A stretch of 64,000 nucleotides of DNA from Guillardia theta CCMP2712 (Eukaryota > Protista > Cryptophyta), in contig NW_005434658.1 of NCBI RefSeq assembly GCF_000315625.1, positions 463,139 to 527,138 on the forward strand, written 5' to 3'. The notes beneath the pieces were generated by a model that was given only the letters and a program-made list of their open reading frames with translations, was not told the DNA's origin and did no database searches. Position 1 is the first letter of the stretch. Each line of letters starts with the position of its first letter. Made by a program: the position numbers and the translations under genes. Shown here piece by piece: positions 21,665 to 34,316 of the stretch.

Positions 21665-24600
21665 ATGGCATACAGCAGAAGTCGACAGGCTCCGCGATCC
21701 ATGGGGATGCTCTTGCTCGTTGTCGGGCTCATCACTTTAAGTTCCCTCCCTTGTTTCAGCGCGGATGTGCCTCGGTCAGGTCAGACCCAGTCCAACGTGG
21801 ACCACGGTGGGTTGGCGAAGGGTGACAATCCGGAGATTGATTCGTTGGTGGATGAGGAGAAGACGCTCATGGATGACGAGAAGCTGCCTTCACGATCAGA
21901 CTCTGAAGACAAGAGCCATGAAGGACTACGTCAGAAAAGCTCCGATTCGTTGACTGGTGACATAAGGCAAGGCGCGTCCCATGCGGGTCATGGAAAGCAG
22001 GAGGCGGAGAAACGTCAACAACCTGCACAGAACTATAAATTGCCTGACAGAAAGTCTTGGAATTCTCCAACTCACCCAGATTCCGGCAGTACGAACCTAG
22101 GGAGTGAAAAACTCGATTCCCAACATGGGCAGGTTCCGAAGGGTGTCGAAAATGGTGCAAAGGACCACCACGATACGAAGGATGCACATGTGGCCGATCA
22201 AAACTTGTTACAGCAACATAACGAGCACCCCAACGCTCGTGAAACACACAGTGATGATTCACAAAGGAATCGAATGGAGCATTACCGGGTATCAGGTAAT
22301 GATCAACAGCTCAAGACTGATAACGCTGAGCAGAAAAGGTATGCAACGATGATTCTTACTTGCCATCTTTTTGACGTTGGCGACATCACAGAACGACAGC
22401 ATCTATGTCTGATCACGCTAATCCCATGAGTGATCATGCAGCTAGTGGCGGGGCGGCGCCTCGTGACCCCCGTGGTAGTGTTGGTGCGGTGCTATTGCTG
22501 ATCTAAACGTGCGAGCAGGAGACGCTTCAAGACCCACGGGAAAGGGAGACCAGCCAGCAAATCTGAGGCAGCCTGAGAAGCAGCCGATTCCTGCACCAGA
22601 AGTACATCAGAGCAGTGCTTCGCCGAACAAGCTAGCTGATCAGTCGGAGTTACATGAAGCTGTCCATGATGAGAAGGGTTCTAACTCGAGAGTGGATGGT
22701 GAAACTTCAAAGTCTCCGGTTGACCAGAAGGGCACGATGGTTCAGGGTGAATCGCAGGCGCAGGGGGACATGAAAAACGAAGGCAACAAACAAGCCACGG
22801 CCTCGGCAGGCACAACGCCTCCAAAGGCTCAAACGGGCAGTTCTTCGTCGAAGAATGATCCGATTTCCATGCTTATCACCGATATTGCACCTCACAAGCG
22901 AAAGTTAAACGTCGGAGTTGAAGATGGTGCGAAAGATCCGGAAATGGTTAATGTGGAGTCTGCAAGGGAAAGGGAAATCAATGAACTTCTACGAAGAGCT
23001 GAGAAATATCGCTTCGGGATTGATGCAACCAAAATCAATTATGCTAAGGCCCTCGAAGCATACTCTGCAGCTGCAAAACTTGGAAGTCATGCAGCAACGG
23101 CTCTACTAGGTGAAATGTACAAGCATGGACTTGGTGTTGAGCCAGATCTGCAAAAAGCAATATCACATTTCAATGCTTCAGCAGAACATGTGATGCATCC
23201 AAAATGCTGTTGATGTTAGTCAACTCATTCAGATTTTGTTTTTAGGGTGATCCCACTGCACAACGCAATTTAGCCATGTTGTACGCGTCTGGAATCGGCG
23301 TGGAGGAAAATCAGGCAGATCTTGTTGTCGGCGCCATCTGCTAGTAGTAATATCTTGGTATAGGCGCTTGCTGTACTGTATTATCACTTTGCTTCTATTT
23401 CTGGGGATTATCTCGGACAGGTACATGTCACGTTGTATTTTTTTTTCATTTCATGATCGTCCGATGATTCAGCTTGCGATGGGATACCGCCACATGCATG
23501 GCGTCGGGGTGCCAAAGAACTGTCAGACTGCAGTGGAATACTATCTACCTGCTGTAGAGGCTGTGGTCCGAGATGTGCAGCAGTTTCGTCCCCCCCCCAT
23601 GATGGAACGCTACCCACTTGCACAGGATGGTGAGGAAGAATTTCTCGAGAGGTTGACGCGCCTGACTCTGAGCGTGTCAGCTGGCGGGAAGACGCGTGCG
23701 GTCGATCTTGATGAGGACGTTGTGAACTACTATCAGTACAGCGCGGCCAGGGGGGATGCAGCAGCCCAGGTTAGCCTCCCGTCCTCTGACCTCTGCCACG
23801 ATCCCGGAGATCTGATACGAATGTGACGGCGACAGGTGGCTCTGGGCCAACTCTACTACTTTGGGGCACGAGGCATCGAACAGAACTATGCTGAGGCGCT
23901 CCGATGGTGGGTATGCCACTGTGGACCTCAAAGTTTTTGACCAGTTGTGCAGGTACGAGCTGGCAGCAGAGCAAGGCGACCCGAATGCTCTGGGCCACAT
24001 TGGGAACATGTACGTACAGGGCATCCATGTTGAGCCCAACAACGAAACAGCTCTGAAATACTTCAGGTAGTCTCTGCGCGGCCTGCTGTAGTATCATTAA
24101 CGTCTTGTTACCAGGCAAGGAGCGGAGAAGGGAAACGGGATTGCGATCAATGGTCTGGGCTACATGCACCTTTATGGAATGGGCTTACCTCAGAGCTCAA
24201 GCGAAGCCGTGAAGCTCTTCTCTAACGCTGCAGAGCAAGGGAATCTTGAAGCGAGGTTCAACCTAGGAGCTCTGTACGTGGTAGGAGACGACTTGCTCTC
24301 TGACAGTTGGATCCCTCGTGAATTGATTTGTGTTGTTTTGTTTCTCTATCGCAGGGCGGACAAGGAGTTAGCAAGGATTATGTGAAGGCACTTTATTATT
24401 TCTCGCTGGCAGCCAACAGAGGCCACATGCTGGCATTGTACAATTTGGCCATGATGCACTTGAACGGATTCGGGACGCCGAGATCTTGCCCGAACGCGGT
24501 CCAGGTGATCAGCCGAGTTTGTCTTGTCCTGGTTCGCTGACCTCTCTTGAAGTTTCTCAAGTCAGTGGCTGAAAGAGGATCTTGGGGGTTGAGAATTCAA

Positions 24601-25634
24601 AATGGATACAAGGTGGGGAGAGTTGGTCTGCTCGTCTGTGCCTGACAGGAGGGGCAGCTTTATCGCATGGGGAAGATTGATCCTTCCTTCTTGCTCTACT
24701 CGGAAGCATCGGAGCTTGGCTATGAAGTAGCGCAGGCCAACGTTGCCTTCCTGTACGACCTGGTGTGACACAACTTGGCAACGGCGATCTTTTCTGACCC
24801 GAGTGATACGCCACTGCAGGAGGAGACGAGACTCACGTCGGGCAAGAGGAGCAAGGCCCTCAACGCGTTCGAGCTATCAGCCCAGCAGGGAAATTCTGCC
24901 GCGGAGCTGAAGATAGGGGACTACTACTACTACGGGATGGGCACATCCATCAACTTCCGCAAGGCTGTCGCTCATTATCGCGCAGCTAGTGAGGCGAGGA
25001 ATGCACAGGTCAGCGTCATGTACATACGGGCGCCTCCTCCTGAACCCTTACCTGCTAGGCGATGTTCAACCTCGCATTCATGCACGAGCATGGCATCGGG
25101 TTGCCCAAGGTGTTTCTGACGCTGTTGGTTCACGAGAATGTCTGACGACCATGGCAGGATCTGCACCTTGCGAAGCGCTTCTACGACATGGCAGTGGAAA
25201 CTTCACAGGAAGGGTCGACATCTTATTCTGACGGACCTGACGGCTGGCCTGCAGGATGCGCTCTGGCCGGTCATGATCTGCCGCACCAAGTTATGGTTGG
25301 AGATGACTGTGCAAGAGACCATCGAAATGATCGACACCCTTTCCCACAAGCTCTCTCAGAGATACGGACCAAGGTGACACCCTTCTTTCCCTGCTGTTGT
25401 TGCTCTCCTCGACACTCGTGATGGCATACTCCCGACTTGTCTGTCTACATCTCCAATGCCAACCAATGATCTTGTTGCAGGTATGGATTGTGGCTGCCTG
25501 CATCGAAGGTTTGGATCCCTTGGCTGTTGGAGAACTGGGATTACGTGCTAGGAGGCCTGTTGGCCTCGCTTCTCCTGCTTGCTATGATCCTGCAGCAGCA
25601 GCTGTTCTCAGCCAGGATGCAGGGAAGAAGATGA
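21665..25634 (+). CDS. SEL1L: ERAD component SEL1L/HRD3 (Sel1 repeats)
   Basis: Signal peptide; 'LAMGYRHMHGVGVPKNCQTAVEYY', 'YYQYSAARGDAAAQV', 'LKIGDYYYYGMGT', '[29 protein letters not shown]'; C-terminal TM segment. Confidence 0.92.
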
Positions 25635-25736
25635 GAACATCTGTTAGAAACTTTATTTCGCCAGCAATTGTAAATCAGAGACTCCACATGCGCTTTTGGA
25701 CGTTTTTATTTTTGCTTCACAGAGAACGAATGTAAC

Positions 25737-26919
25737 TTAGAACTTGGAAAACTTCTTTCCTCCCGCAGCCTCAGTGATAACCTGCTCGTCGTCAGCTGAA
25801 CAGAAGCAACAAGTCTCCTCTTCACCTGAAGAACGTTGAACCTGACAGTCTTGGAGAGAGGCCTGTATCAAACAACACTGTCAGTGCACTATTTCCGCTC
25901 CATGTCATGGTCCTTCACCTGCACTGTCCAACAACAACGGAATCCCCAGGGTTCAACTTGAAGGCCGGTGAGACGTGAGCAGGAACGTTCTTGTGGCGCT
26001 TCTCGTATCTATTGTACTTCTTGATATAATGCCTGCTCCCACATCAGTCCCCGCACCCGCCTTCGGCTCCTGTTTCTCACATATAATCACGGCGGATAAC
26101 GATGGTTCTCTTCATCTTGTTAGAGACGACAACTCCACGGAGAAGCTTTCCACGGATGCTGACGTTGCCGACCCATGGGCACTTCTTGTCGATGTAGACT
26201 CCGTCCTTGGCCTCCAGAGGAGTCTTGAAGCCAAGGCCGACCGACTTGACGAAGCTGCGAGAGCATGGTGACTAACGGAAACAGAGCTGGGTGGACAAGA
26301 CTCTGAAATAGACTCTTCCACGAGGTCAACTACCCCAACACATAGGACTCAACAAGAATATCATCAGAGAGCACCAGCTGCATGTTGACAGTACTCTTAA
26401 CCATCACGGTGCCAGCCCTCGATTGGTTTCTACATGACAGTCTGTGTTCGCTACCCTCCAAAGACAAAAAAATTCAAGACATATGTTCTATTCTAGTAAT
26501 CATGGTAAGATACATGCTGCTCTGGTAAGACTTTCAAAGCAGAATACGGACTAGGCCTAAAACAAACACGCACGACACTTCATTCAATTTCGCAACGGTG
26601 ACGAAGTTGTCGACTCAACCATCCGTTCATCATCAGAACTCCTCACGATCACATACACATTCTCATAACACGGCATCCTCACACTAGCAATGTGGCTCAA
26701 ACCCCCTACCAACCCTGCACACACCCACAAACCAACTTCCCTCTCCTCTTCTGTCGCCTCCCCAGAAACCGCAGGCAAGTGGAGAAGAGCTTACCGAGCA
26801 GCCTTCCTGCCAGCCTTGCCGAGGAACTCCTTCTTGTTCTGGAAGACAGTAGGCTGCTTCATGTACGCCTTCTGATCCTGAGGATCGAAGTACGCGGGGT
26901 GACCTGCCTTGCCCGACAT
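25737..26919 (-). CDS. RPS11: 40S ribosomal protein S11 (uS17)
   Basis: '[10 protein letters not shown]', 'VGLGFKTP...[16 protein letters not shown]', '[12 protein letters not shown]', 'YEKRHKN', '[14 protein letters not shown]'. Confidence 0.97.
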
Positions 26920-26951
26920 TTTCCTGCTCGCGCGTGCGCTCGTGGCGCTCG

Positions 26952-26980
26952 AAAAAAAAAACCGATGATGATAATGGACC
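26952..26980 (-). promoter_or_regulatory. GGTCCAT-N12-T10 putative ribosomal-protein promoter/TSS element
   Basis: The same layout occurs upstream of RPS9; the T10 run ends 32 nt before the ATG in both. Confidence 0.6.
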
Positions 26981-27145
26981 ACATCCCCGCTCAGAATGGC
27001 TCCCACATCCCCGCTCAGCCCTCCTACACGCCATCACACTTTTGGTCAATAAAGTGTTGATGGACAAGCACCGGTGATGATGCCTATGGGAGACAGGGTG
27101 GGGTTCGGGTCGTTACCACGCCAGAGTTCAAAACGGATTGCGGCA

Positions 27146-28018
27146 ATGGACGGTGAGGGAGCGGTGATCATGGCGGGGGAAAGAGGGTGTGTACAACAAG
27201 GTTGGGAGAGCTGCAATACATGTACATGATTATCTTACCTGGTTTGTGTCTTCAAGAGATGTCTGACATGTTTGTGTGTCCTCCTGTTGACTGTGATGGG
27301 TGGGACAAGCGTTCCTTGATGAACAATGGGTCCTTCCACAATGACACTTTGTTCTCTTTTTCAGATGCTAAGTCAGACCTCGTCAACGTTTTATCAAGAT
27401 TGGAGGCGCACTGGGTTGTGCTGGAAGCAGAACTAACAGAGATCAACAAAGACATCACACAGTGCGAGCAGTGCGTGCAGAAATATGGGTGATACATGCC
27501 GTCAGCAGCTCTTGTACTGTGAATCTCACTTGTGTTTGGACAGGGAGTACTTTACTTTTCCATTGCAACACCTGAAGGTATTTTCCAAAAGTTTCTGGGC
27601 TAGACTGAACGCTTTTCCCAGGATCTCAAGAAGGCGAAGAAACAGAAGATGAAGGAGATCATTCAAGTACGATGTACTTTTGATAACGATGTTTGAAATG
27701 ATCGTGCATAAAGGCAATGGAGGCTTTCAACGAGAACCTTGTAGGAGGAAAACGTCTGGTCAAGATGCTAGAACGAGAAATGGTATAGCTGCTACAATGC
27801 GTGATGTGTCGTTACAGATATCTGTTGCTGACTCTTTCAATTCATTAGCCCGTCGTGAGTGTGAACAGTACAGCCAAGAGCGGAATGAATTGAATGGACA
27901 AGGTGAATATCTTCCATGAAAATACTCCTTGACAGACTCCAATGTTTCAGACTCAAACTTTCGGGAATTGCTTTTATGTTCATTAATCCTGCTCTCACAA
28001 ATCTATCATCGAATTTAA
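27146..28018 (+). CDS. Hypothetical small coiled-coil protein (multi-exon, boundaries uncertain)
   Basis: Exon 'DLVNVLSRLEAHWVVLEAELTEINKDITQCEQCVQKY' and further short exons with GT-AG ends. Confidence 0.4.
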
Positions 28019-28029
28019 ATTGCAAGAAT

Positions 28030-29368
28030 TTAGAGCGCTGATTGGCCCAAGAGAGCCTGTAGCTTAGATGTAAGCAATGGAATTGAAATTCAAATGCATC
28101 ATGCACCTTGCTCAACTTGTCGGTAAGAATAAGCGAAATCGTGGTGTACGGCGCAAGCTGAAACAAGTTCACATTCAGTCTAAGATCATGATAATTGTTA
28201 ATAAATGTTGAAATATACCTTCAAGAAGGCAGGGGTGAATCCCTTGTAGAGTGCAGGGAAGCCCTCGCTCTAGAATTCGAATGTTCAGCGAAACAGAAAC
28301 ACAAGATGCAATTTTCATCCAACCTTGACGGTCTTGACAAAGCAGTCAGTCATACTCTTGTACATGGCCTCCTGGCCTGGAAGAGGCTTGGGCATGTTCT
28401 GAACACGAGACTTGACCACATCGAACGGGTTAGAAACCAAGTTCGCGACGAAGCTGGCAAACATGGTGCCAGTGAACATCAAAGGAATGCCGTCCTTGTC
28501 AGGGAAGATCTGAGGAAATTTCTTGTGGAGTTGCTCCTTGGATTCAGAGTAGCATCCCAAAACACTGGCAGACAACAAAGTAGCACGAATGACAGTGGGG
28601 GTGCCGCCGGACCAGAGCTTCAAGGGTCCCTGTTGGTTGGAAAGAATCAGTACCAGGCGAGCAAAGATTGAGGAAGGAAACGGCAGAGTAGCGAGATCAG
28701 GAGAGGAAAACAAGGAAGGAGGAGCAGGAGGGGGGAAATAACAGGCACTGCAGCTCATAACCAACCTCTTCCTTGGCAATGCGAACGATGCAGTCGAGGC
28801 AGCTCTTGTAGTTCCTCTGCAGCTCAGGCGCAAGCTTGGAATCTGCAGACATGCGAACAAGGGAGACCTCGGAGGGGAGACCAGCCATCGAGCCGATGGC
28901 ACCAGCGACTGATCCCATCACAAGCTTCTTCTCAAAGCTGACCTTCTCGTCCTTCTTGCTGAACTTGTTCAGGAGCCAGGCATAAATTCCGACTCTGCAA
29001 GAGCCATACGTCCACTGTCTCAAGTAAGCAGCATCGATACCAGTGTAGAGACCCTTGAAGAAGCCTTTGCGCTTCACAATCTGAATGGTGGCATCGAGAG
29101 GGTTCTTGTATGCCTTGGCTGTTCCGCCACCTCCATCAATCTGCATCTGCACACGAACAACATCCAGGGGATGGCAAACGGTCGCAGCACCCATTCCACC
29201 AAGAGCACCAAGAACCATTCTGGTACCAAGACTGGTCTGCTTGACTGGCTGGGGAGCAGGGACCTGTGCCTTGGCACTGAGCCATGAGGACGCGAGGTGC
29301 TCAAAAGGTCCCACCGAGGCGGAGATGGGTGCAAGGAGCACCACAAACAGAGCTGCACGAGAGATCAT
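28030..29368 (-). CDS. Mitochondrial carrier family protein, 2-oxoglutarate/malate (dicarboxylate) carrier-like, with N-terminal signal-like extension
   Basis: Three Px[DE]xx[KR] signatures (HPLDVVRVQMQ, LPSEVSLVRM, NPFDVVKSR); 'GLYTGIDAAYLRQWTY'; 'ADSKLAPELQRNYK'. Confidence 0.9.
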
Positions 29369-30239
29369 GCTGGTAAACTTGGTCTCAGCAATCGAACAAG
29401 CTTGGTCACGAGGGTTTCAACAGCTCAGAGCGTCCTGTCCTTCAAGATCTGATAGCTGTCCTACTGTCTCTTCGTCTCCCCCACTTGCTCTCCCCACGTC
29501 GCCGCCTCCTCAATCACGTGAGGATCCGATCCGCATCTGCTCCTCAACCTACCCCACCCCCTCTCTTTCCTCCAAACAGTTACCCCACCCTGGTCAAAAC
29601 ACCCACCTACCTCCTGCTTGCCTTTTATTCCCATGACTTGTCAAGCACCCCTGCTGGATATCACCCTACCCCTAAGACACGTATTTATACCCCTGGAATC
29701 AAGGCAATCATGGCCCCCACCTTTCAAAGATACACACTTCACCCACCCCTGATTTCCCTACCCTACCCAATACTCCAAACATGACCTTCCCTTGGTCAAT
29801 ATGACAGAGCAAAATGACCCCTTTGATAAGGTAGGGGTAGTTACCCCCACCCTCTTCTGGGAACCCACACCCTAGCAAAGAAGTGTTTGATTTGTTACAA
29901 CAGGAGTAGCGGCCCCCATTGCATCGAGACCCACCCCTGCTCTCCCAAATCAAGTACCCACCCTATCATTTGTGTCCAATCAACCACCCCCTTTGATTTC
30001 ATTTCCTTTAAGAGGACCCCCACCCTCATTTTCATCATGACAGGTCAATTGGAAGTACCCTAGAATCAGGAGGGTTCGGTATCTACCAACACTTTGATAC
30101 CCCACCCTAGTCTGCAACTGATCACCCACCCCACCCCATGTCTCATCTCCTGAACTTTGCAAGCTCAAGTTGGTTTTTGAACTTGGTCTGCTCCCACCGG
30201 CATCATCGCCCTCTTTCTCCACAGAGTTCGCCCGGCTGT

Positions 30240-30645
30240 AAACTTTCTGGGCCGCCACATGTTTGCGGCAGCGGGCCGCTGGCCTCGGCCCGCCGGGACT
30301 CGCAGCCGTACCGTACGGCGGTAGTTAACTGAGTTCGACTCGCAACCACCAGCTCCGAGACTCGAATCACTCAGCACTGCGGCAGCCCGCCGGGACGGTG
30401 CCTGTGAGAGACTCAGAGCCCGGCGCTCTGAGTCATCCGATGATGCCTCGGACGGGGCCATCATGGCATGTCCGAGGCCTGCGGCACCGTGCCGCTGTCA
30501 CCGGACTGGCAGGCTTCCACCGCCCGGCGGCATGCCATGATGACCGCCCCGCCCGGCGGCCGCGGCGGGTCACTGGCCCAAGTTACGGCGAGGGCCGCCG
30601 CCGCGAGCAAATTCAACTTCAATTAGGTGATCGGGATATCGGCAT
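30240..30645. other. GC-rich intergenic island
   Basis: Same motif vocabulary as the other islands; adjoins a TACCC/CACCC-rich tract at 29540-30140. Confidence 0.55.
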
Positions 30646-30770
30646 TTCTGAAGTGTACCGTGAAAAACTTGCCTGATATGCGATGGCCGCGACTATGTAC
30701 ACAAGAACAACTTTCCCATTTCTATCCCTTCCCATACCCGCAACTGTCAGCCACGGTGTATCTGTCCTGT

Positions 30771-32223
30771 TCATCCCTTGGGCCCACGCGATCGTTTGGG
30801 AAACACGAGAGGAAGAGTGAGGCTGGCATGGTAATTGAACACCTTCAAGCTCTCCTCCGGGTCGTTCTTTCCTCGTTTGGCTCCCTTCTTGATCTTTGCG
30901 CCAACCTCTCTGAAGTAGGCAGACAACCTGCGGGCAAGTAAGCGGCGAGAGGTGGTCGAACAAGCAGTGCGGCACTTGTCAGGATGAAGCTTCAGGTCTG
31001 CTGCAAGGTCGTCGAAGTCCATCTCAAACTCTGTCACGAGCAAGCAGGCGACAGCGAGGTGGAGAAGCAGACGATCTCTCTGGGTCTTGAAGCAAGTCAG
31101 GGCGAAACAGGAGCGATCACGATTCAGACCTGAGGCTTCGTGTAGGAATTCCCAACAGATTCAGCAAACAGCTTGAGAAAGTGGACGCCGAGTGCCAACG
31201 GAATCCCCAGCTCCTTCTTGAGGACCTCTGGAGATTTCCTGAATCTGTTCGGAAGGTTGTGGAAGAAGACCAAGAATGAAACGTAAGAGAGGAGCTTCGC
31301 AACCCTCTTCTTGTCCTTCTTGTCCGGGTATGAGTCGGCAAGGTTGATGTGTCTGCGGATGAACGCCGGGAGCTGCTTGGCAGATTCGGGATCCTGTGCA
31401 ATTGCAAAGAACTGCCCTGGAACGATACTCTCCCACTCTTCACCATCTAACAAATCTTTCCTCTTGTAAACATCTGAGACGGTCTCTGCAGCAAGGTTGC
31501 AGGGAGGGGCAAGCTCGTTTGGCCCATTCGCCTTGTCCGCGTCCACCTCCAAACCCGCAAGCTTCTTTGCCGCGTCTGTTTCCTCCTTCTTCACTCGGAG
31601 CTCCTTCTCCACAGAATCCAGAGCATCTTGTTCCTCTCGTTCCGTTTCCTGTCCCTTCCGCTTGCGATGGACTGCTTTCACTCTCTTGCTGCCGAATCCA
31701 TCCACAAGAGCGTCTCTTGCCTGTTCCTTGGAGAAGTCCACGGCGATGGTATTGTCCTTCAAGCCTTTGACTCGCTTTTTCAGAGCAATCACCTTTGCCA
31801 TGTCGTCTCCGGGATCCACGATGACAAGTCTATCTTTCTCAGGGTCGTACATGCCTACCACGTACTTGTAGGGTTTCTTATCCTGATCTTGCGCTCCTCG
31901 GAAGGAAACCCTCTCGCTCTCTATCTTGAGGTTCTTTCGCCCCACTTGCTTTGTACACTTGATCTTGAAGCTTGCGCTGTTGCGTTGCATCTGCTCTAAA
32001 TGTGCGGGGGAATCCGCAAAGCATGCTAACACACACCCCGGTCCTTCCTCGTCCTCCCTCTCGACAGAGGCTCTAACAAGCTTCGATGGCTGTACAATAA
32101 CTTCATCCTGAGCTGCTTTCAAAGCTTCTATTCTGTTCAACTCCAAGGGAGGAAACAAGAGCAAAAATAAGGATGGACGTGGGGTGAGGAGGGAGAGGAG
32201 GGGGGCAATGAGAGAGGAGAAGG

Positions 32224-32289
<66 letters not shown>

Positions 32290-32334
32290 AGCAGGAGGAG
32301 CAGGAGGAGCAGGAGGAGCAGGAGGAGGAGGAGG

Positions 32335-32367
<33 letters not shown>

Positions 32368-32395
32368 CTTGTCTACACTATCTACTTTCCGACAT
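30771..32395 (-). CDS. RPA49: RNA polymerase I subunit A49/PAF53
   Basis: 'YVVGMYDPE', 'ARDALVDGFGSKR', 'PPCNLAAETVSDVY', 'LAADLKL...YFREVGAK'. Confidence 0.85.
32221..32366. repeat. (GAGCAG)n/(GAG)n microsatellite in RPA49 intron 1
   Basis: Directly visible tandem repeat. Confidence 0.95.
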
Positions 32396-33019
32396 AGCCG
32401 CTACAACCCGCACGTGAAACCGCTACCGAGGCGGACATGAAATATCACTTGCTACTACCCACCCCTGTGAAAGGAGACAAGCCACCCCCACAAGTCTCTA
32501 AATTGATATCACCCCCTATTCCTCTTCTGAATTTTGTTCACCCTATGATTTCCCCAGTAAATAACCCATGAAGTGAGACACATTGTACTACCCTACCCTC
32601 AAATAAGCAGATTCACCACCTGGCCACCAAATCGGCACTACCCCACCCCGGATATCCCGGTTGGGTCTGAAATCGATGGTGGGCCTGGCGACGTCGCCTG
32701 CGCTATGCTGCTTGATCTCGATGCAGAGCGCCATGATCACATGCCGCCTTCCTCATCGCATGTTCAACTCGCAACCTCAATCCAGCTTCCTCCATCCCCC
32801 CATGCCCCAGGAGGGCTGCAAGCAGAGAACAACCAGCTGCGCCAGGGCCTGTTCCCGAGGCCGAGCGATCCCGTTGCACAGCTCGAGATTGTTCCTACGG
32901 TGAGTGTTGTCTGAGCTAGAATGATGTTCAAAGGGGTATTATAGAGAAATGTAAGAGATCGGTTTCTCGTGGTTCTCGTTGCCCTCTCCTCTGTGTTCAT
33001 TTGCGCATGAAAGTCGCAG

Positions 33020-34070
33020 ATGTGTCCACCTCCTCGAAGTCTCCCACTGAGTGCGATTTTCAGGGGCGGCTTCTCATGGAGTTGGGGTAGAAGTGTCTTG
33101 GGGAATGCTCTCCCTACAGCCCGTATGATCTTCTGGGGACACCCTTCAACCAGTGCTGCCGAGTACGAGGGAGATCGCCAGGAAGGGGAGGATGAAGCAA
33201 TTTCGAACTCTGATGCACATGTACAGCGACGGAACGTTTCTGACTTGGGCGGAGATGAAGAATTTTCGAGGATCGAGATTTTAAGGCGACAAAGAGCAGA
33301 ATTTCACGCCAGACGAGAACAGCGCCTAGCAAAAATCGCAGCAGGCGAGTCCGGGCTGGGCAAGGTACGACAGCACGTCAATCCTTTGGGCCCGCACTTC
33401 AGGACGCCGATCAAGGCACCGGATTGGAAGGAAGTATACGAGCATCCTGAGCAGGATCTGCACATCGACCTTGGGTGCGGCAAGGGGAGGCTGCTTTTCG
33501 AGCTCGCAGGCATGAACAAGGACATGAACTACTTGGGTGAGTCAAGGCCAAGGGCCGGAGGGGAGGCATGCTCAGCGCTGATGCAGGTGTCGAGATCCGA
33601 GAGCTCCTGGTGGCTCGAGCAGATCGATGGACGAGGGAGGAAGGGAGGAGAAACTGTTGCTTCGTGTACGGCAACATCAATGTTTCAGTCGAGAGCTTGC
33701 TGAGCAGTTACCCGGGGAAGATTCGGATGGTGAGCGTACTGATGCCCGACCCATGGTTCAAGAAGCGACACCAGAAGCGACGCCTCCTTCAACCTGAGCT
33801 GGTTCAACAGGTGCCTCCTACCCTTCTCTCCTCAAAGTGACTTGGGCTTGATAGCTTGGCGAGATGATGCCGCAGGGTGCGCAGTTCTTCGTCATGTCCG
33901 ACGTGAAGGAATGTGCAGAGAGCATGATTGAGATCATGGATGCTTCCCCTCTCTTCGACAACTGGGACGGGAAGTGGATCGAGAGCCCGCTTCCCATCGC
34001 TACTGAGAGGGAGGGCTCATGCATGAGCCGTGGAGAGAGTATCTATCGTGCGTTGTATACCAGGTTGTGA
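33020..34070 (+). CDS. trmB: tRNA (guanine-N7)-methyltransferase, bacterial/organellar TrmB type; true start uncertain
   Basis: 'VRQHVNPL', 'IDLGCGKG', 'GVEIRE', 'PDPWFKKRHQKRR', 'SDV', 'TERE'. Confidence 0.9.
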
Positions 34071-34316
34071 CATCTGGGTTGATGATCTTGCGAGTTGAAG
34101 TAGCGATGATGCACTACCATCCAACAAACGTCTGCGTGTCAATAGAGGGAAAGGATATTTTGATGTTTCTCAAGACTAAGGAATTAAACCAACAAGCTCT
34201 ACATGTCAACGGACAGTCAGTAAGCTCGCCCAAAGTTCCCCTTCCAGAGGTCTGCAAAGCACGGTCGTATTTTCGCACTTTCCATGCAACTCAATAATGA
34301 AAAACTACTCTAAAAT

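Noticed and set aside
26415-26560. Definite U17/snR30, U3 or U14 call in the RPS11 intron
   Set aside because: The m1 motif, a properly placed ACA box and the U3/U14 signature boxes were not found; kept only as a generic candidate.
32184-32417. EQ-repeat 77-aa ORF
   Set aside because: Antisense translation of an intronic microsatellite.
32573-32914. Short ORF with a GTGAGT donor upstream of trmB
   Set aside because: Could be a 5' exon of trmB, but I could not establish a consistent splice; not called separately.
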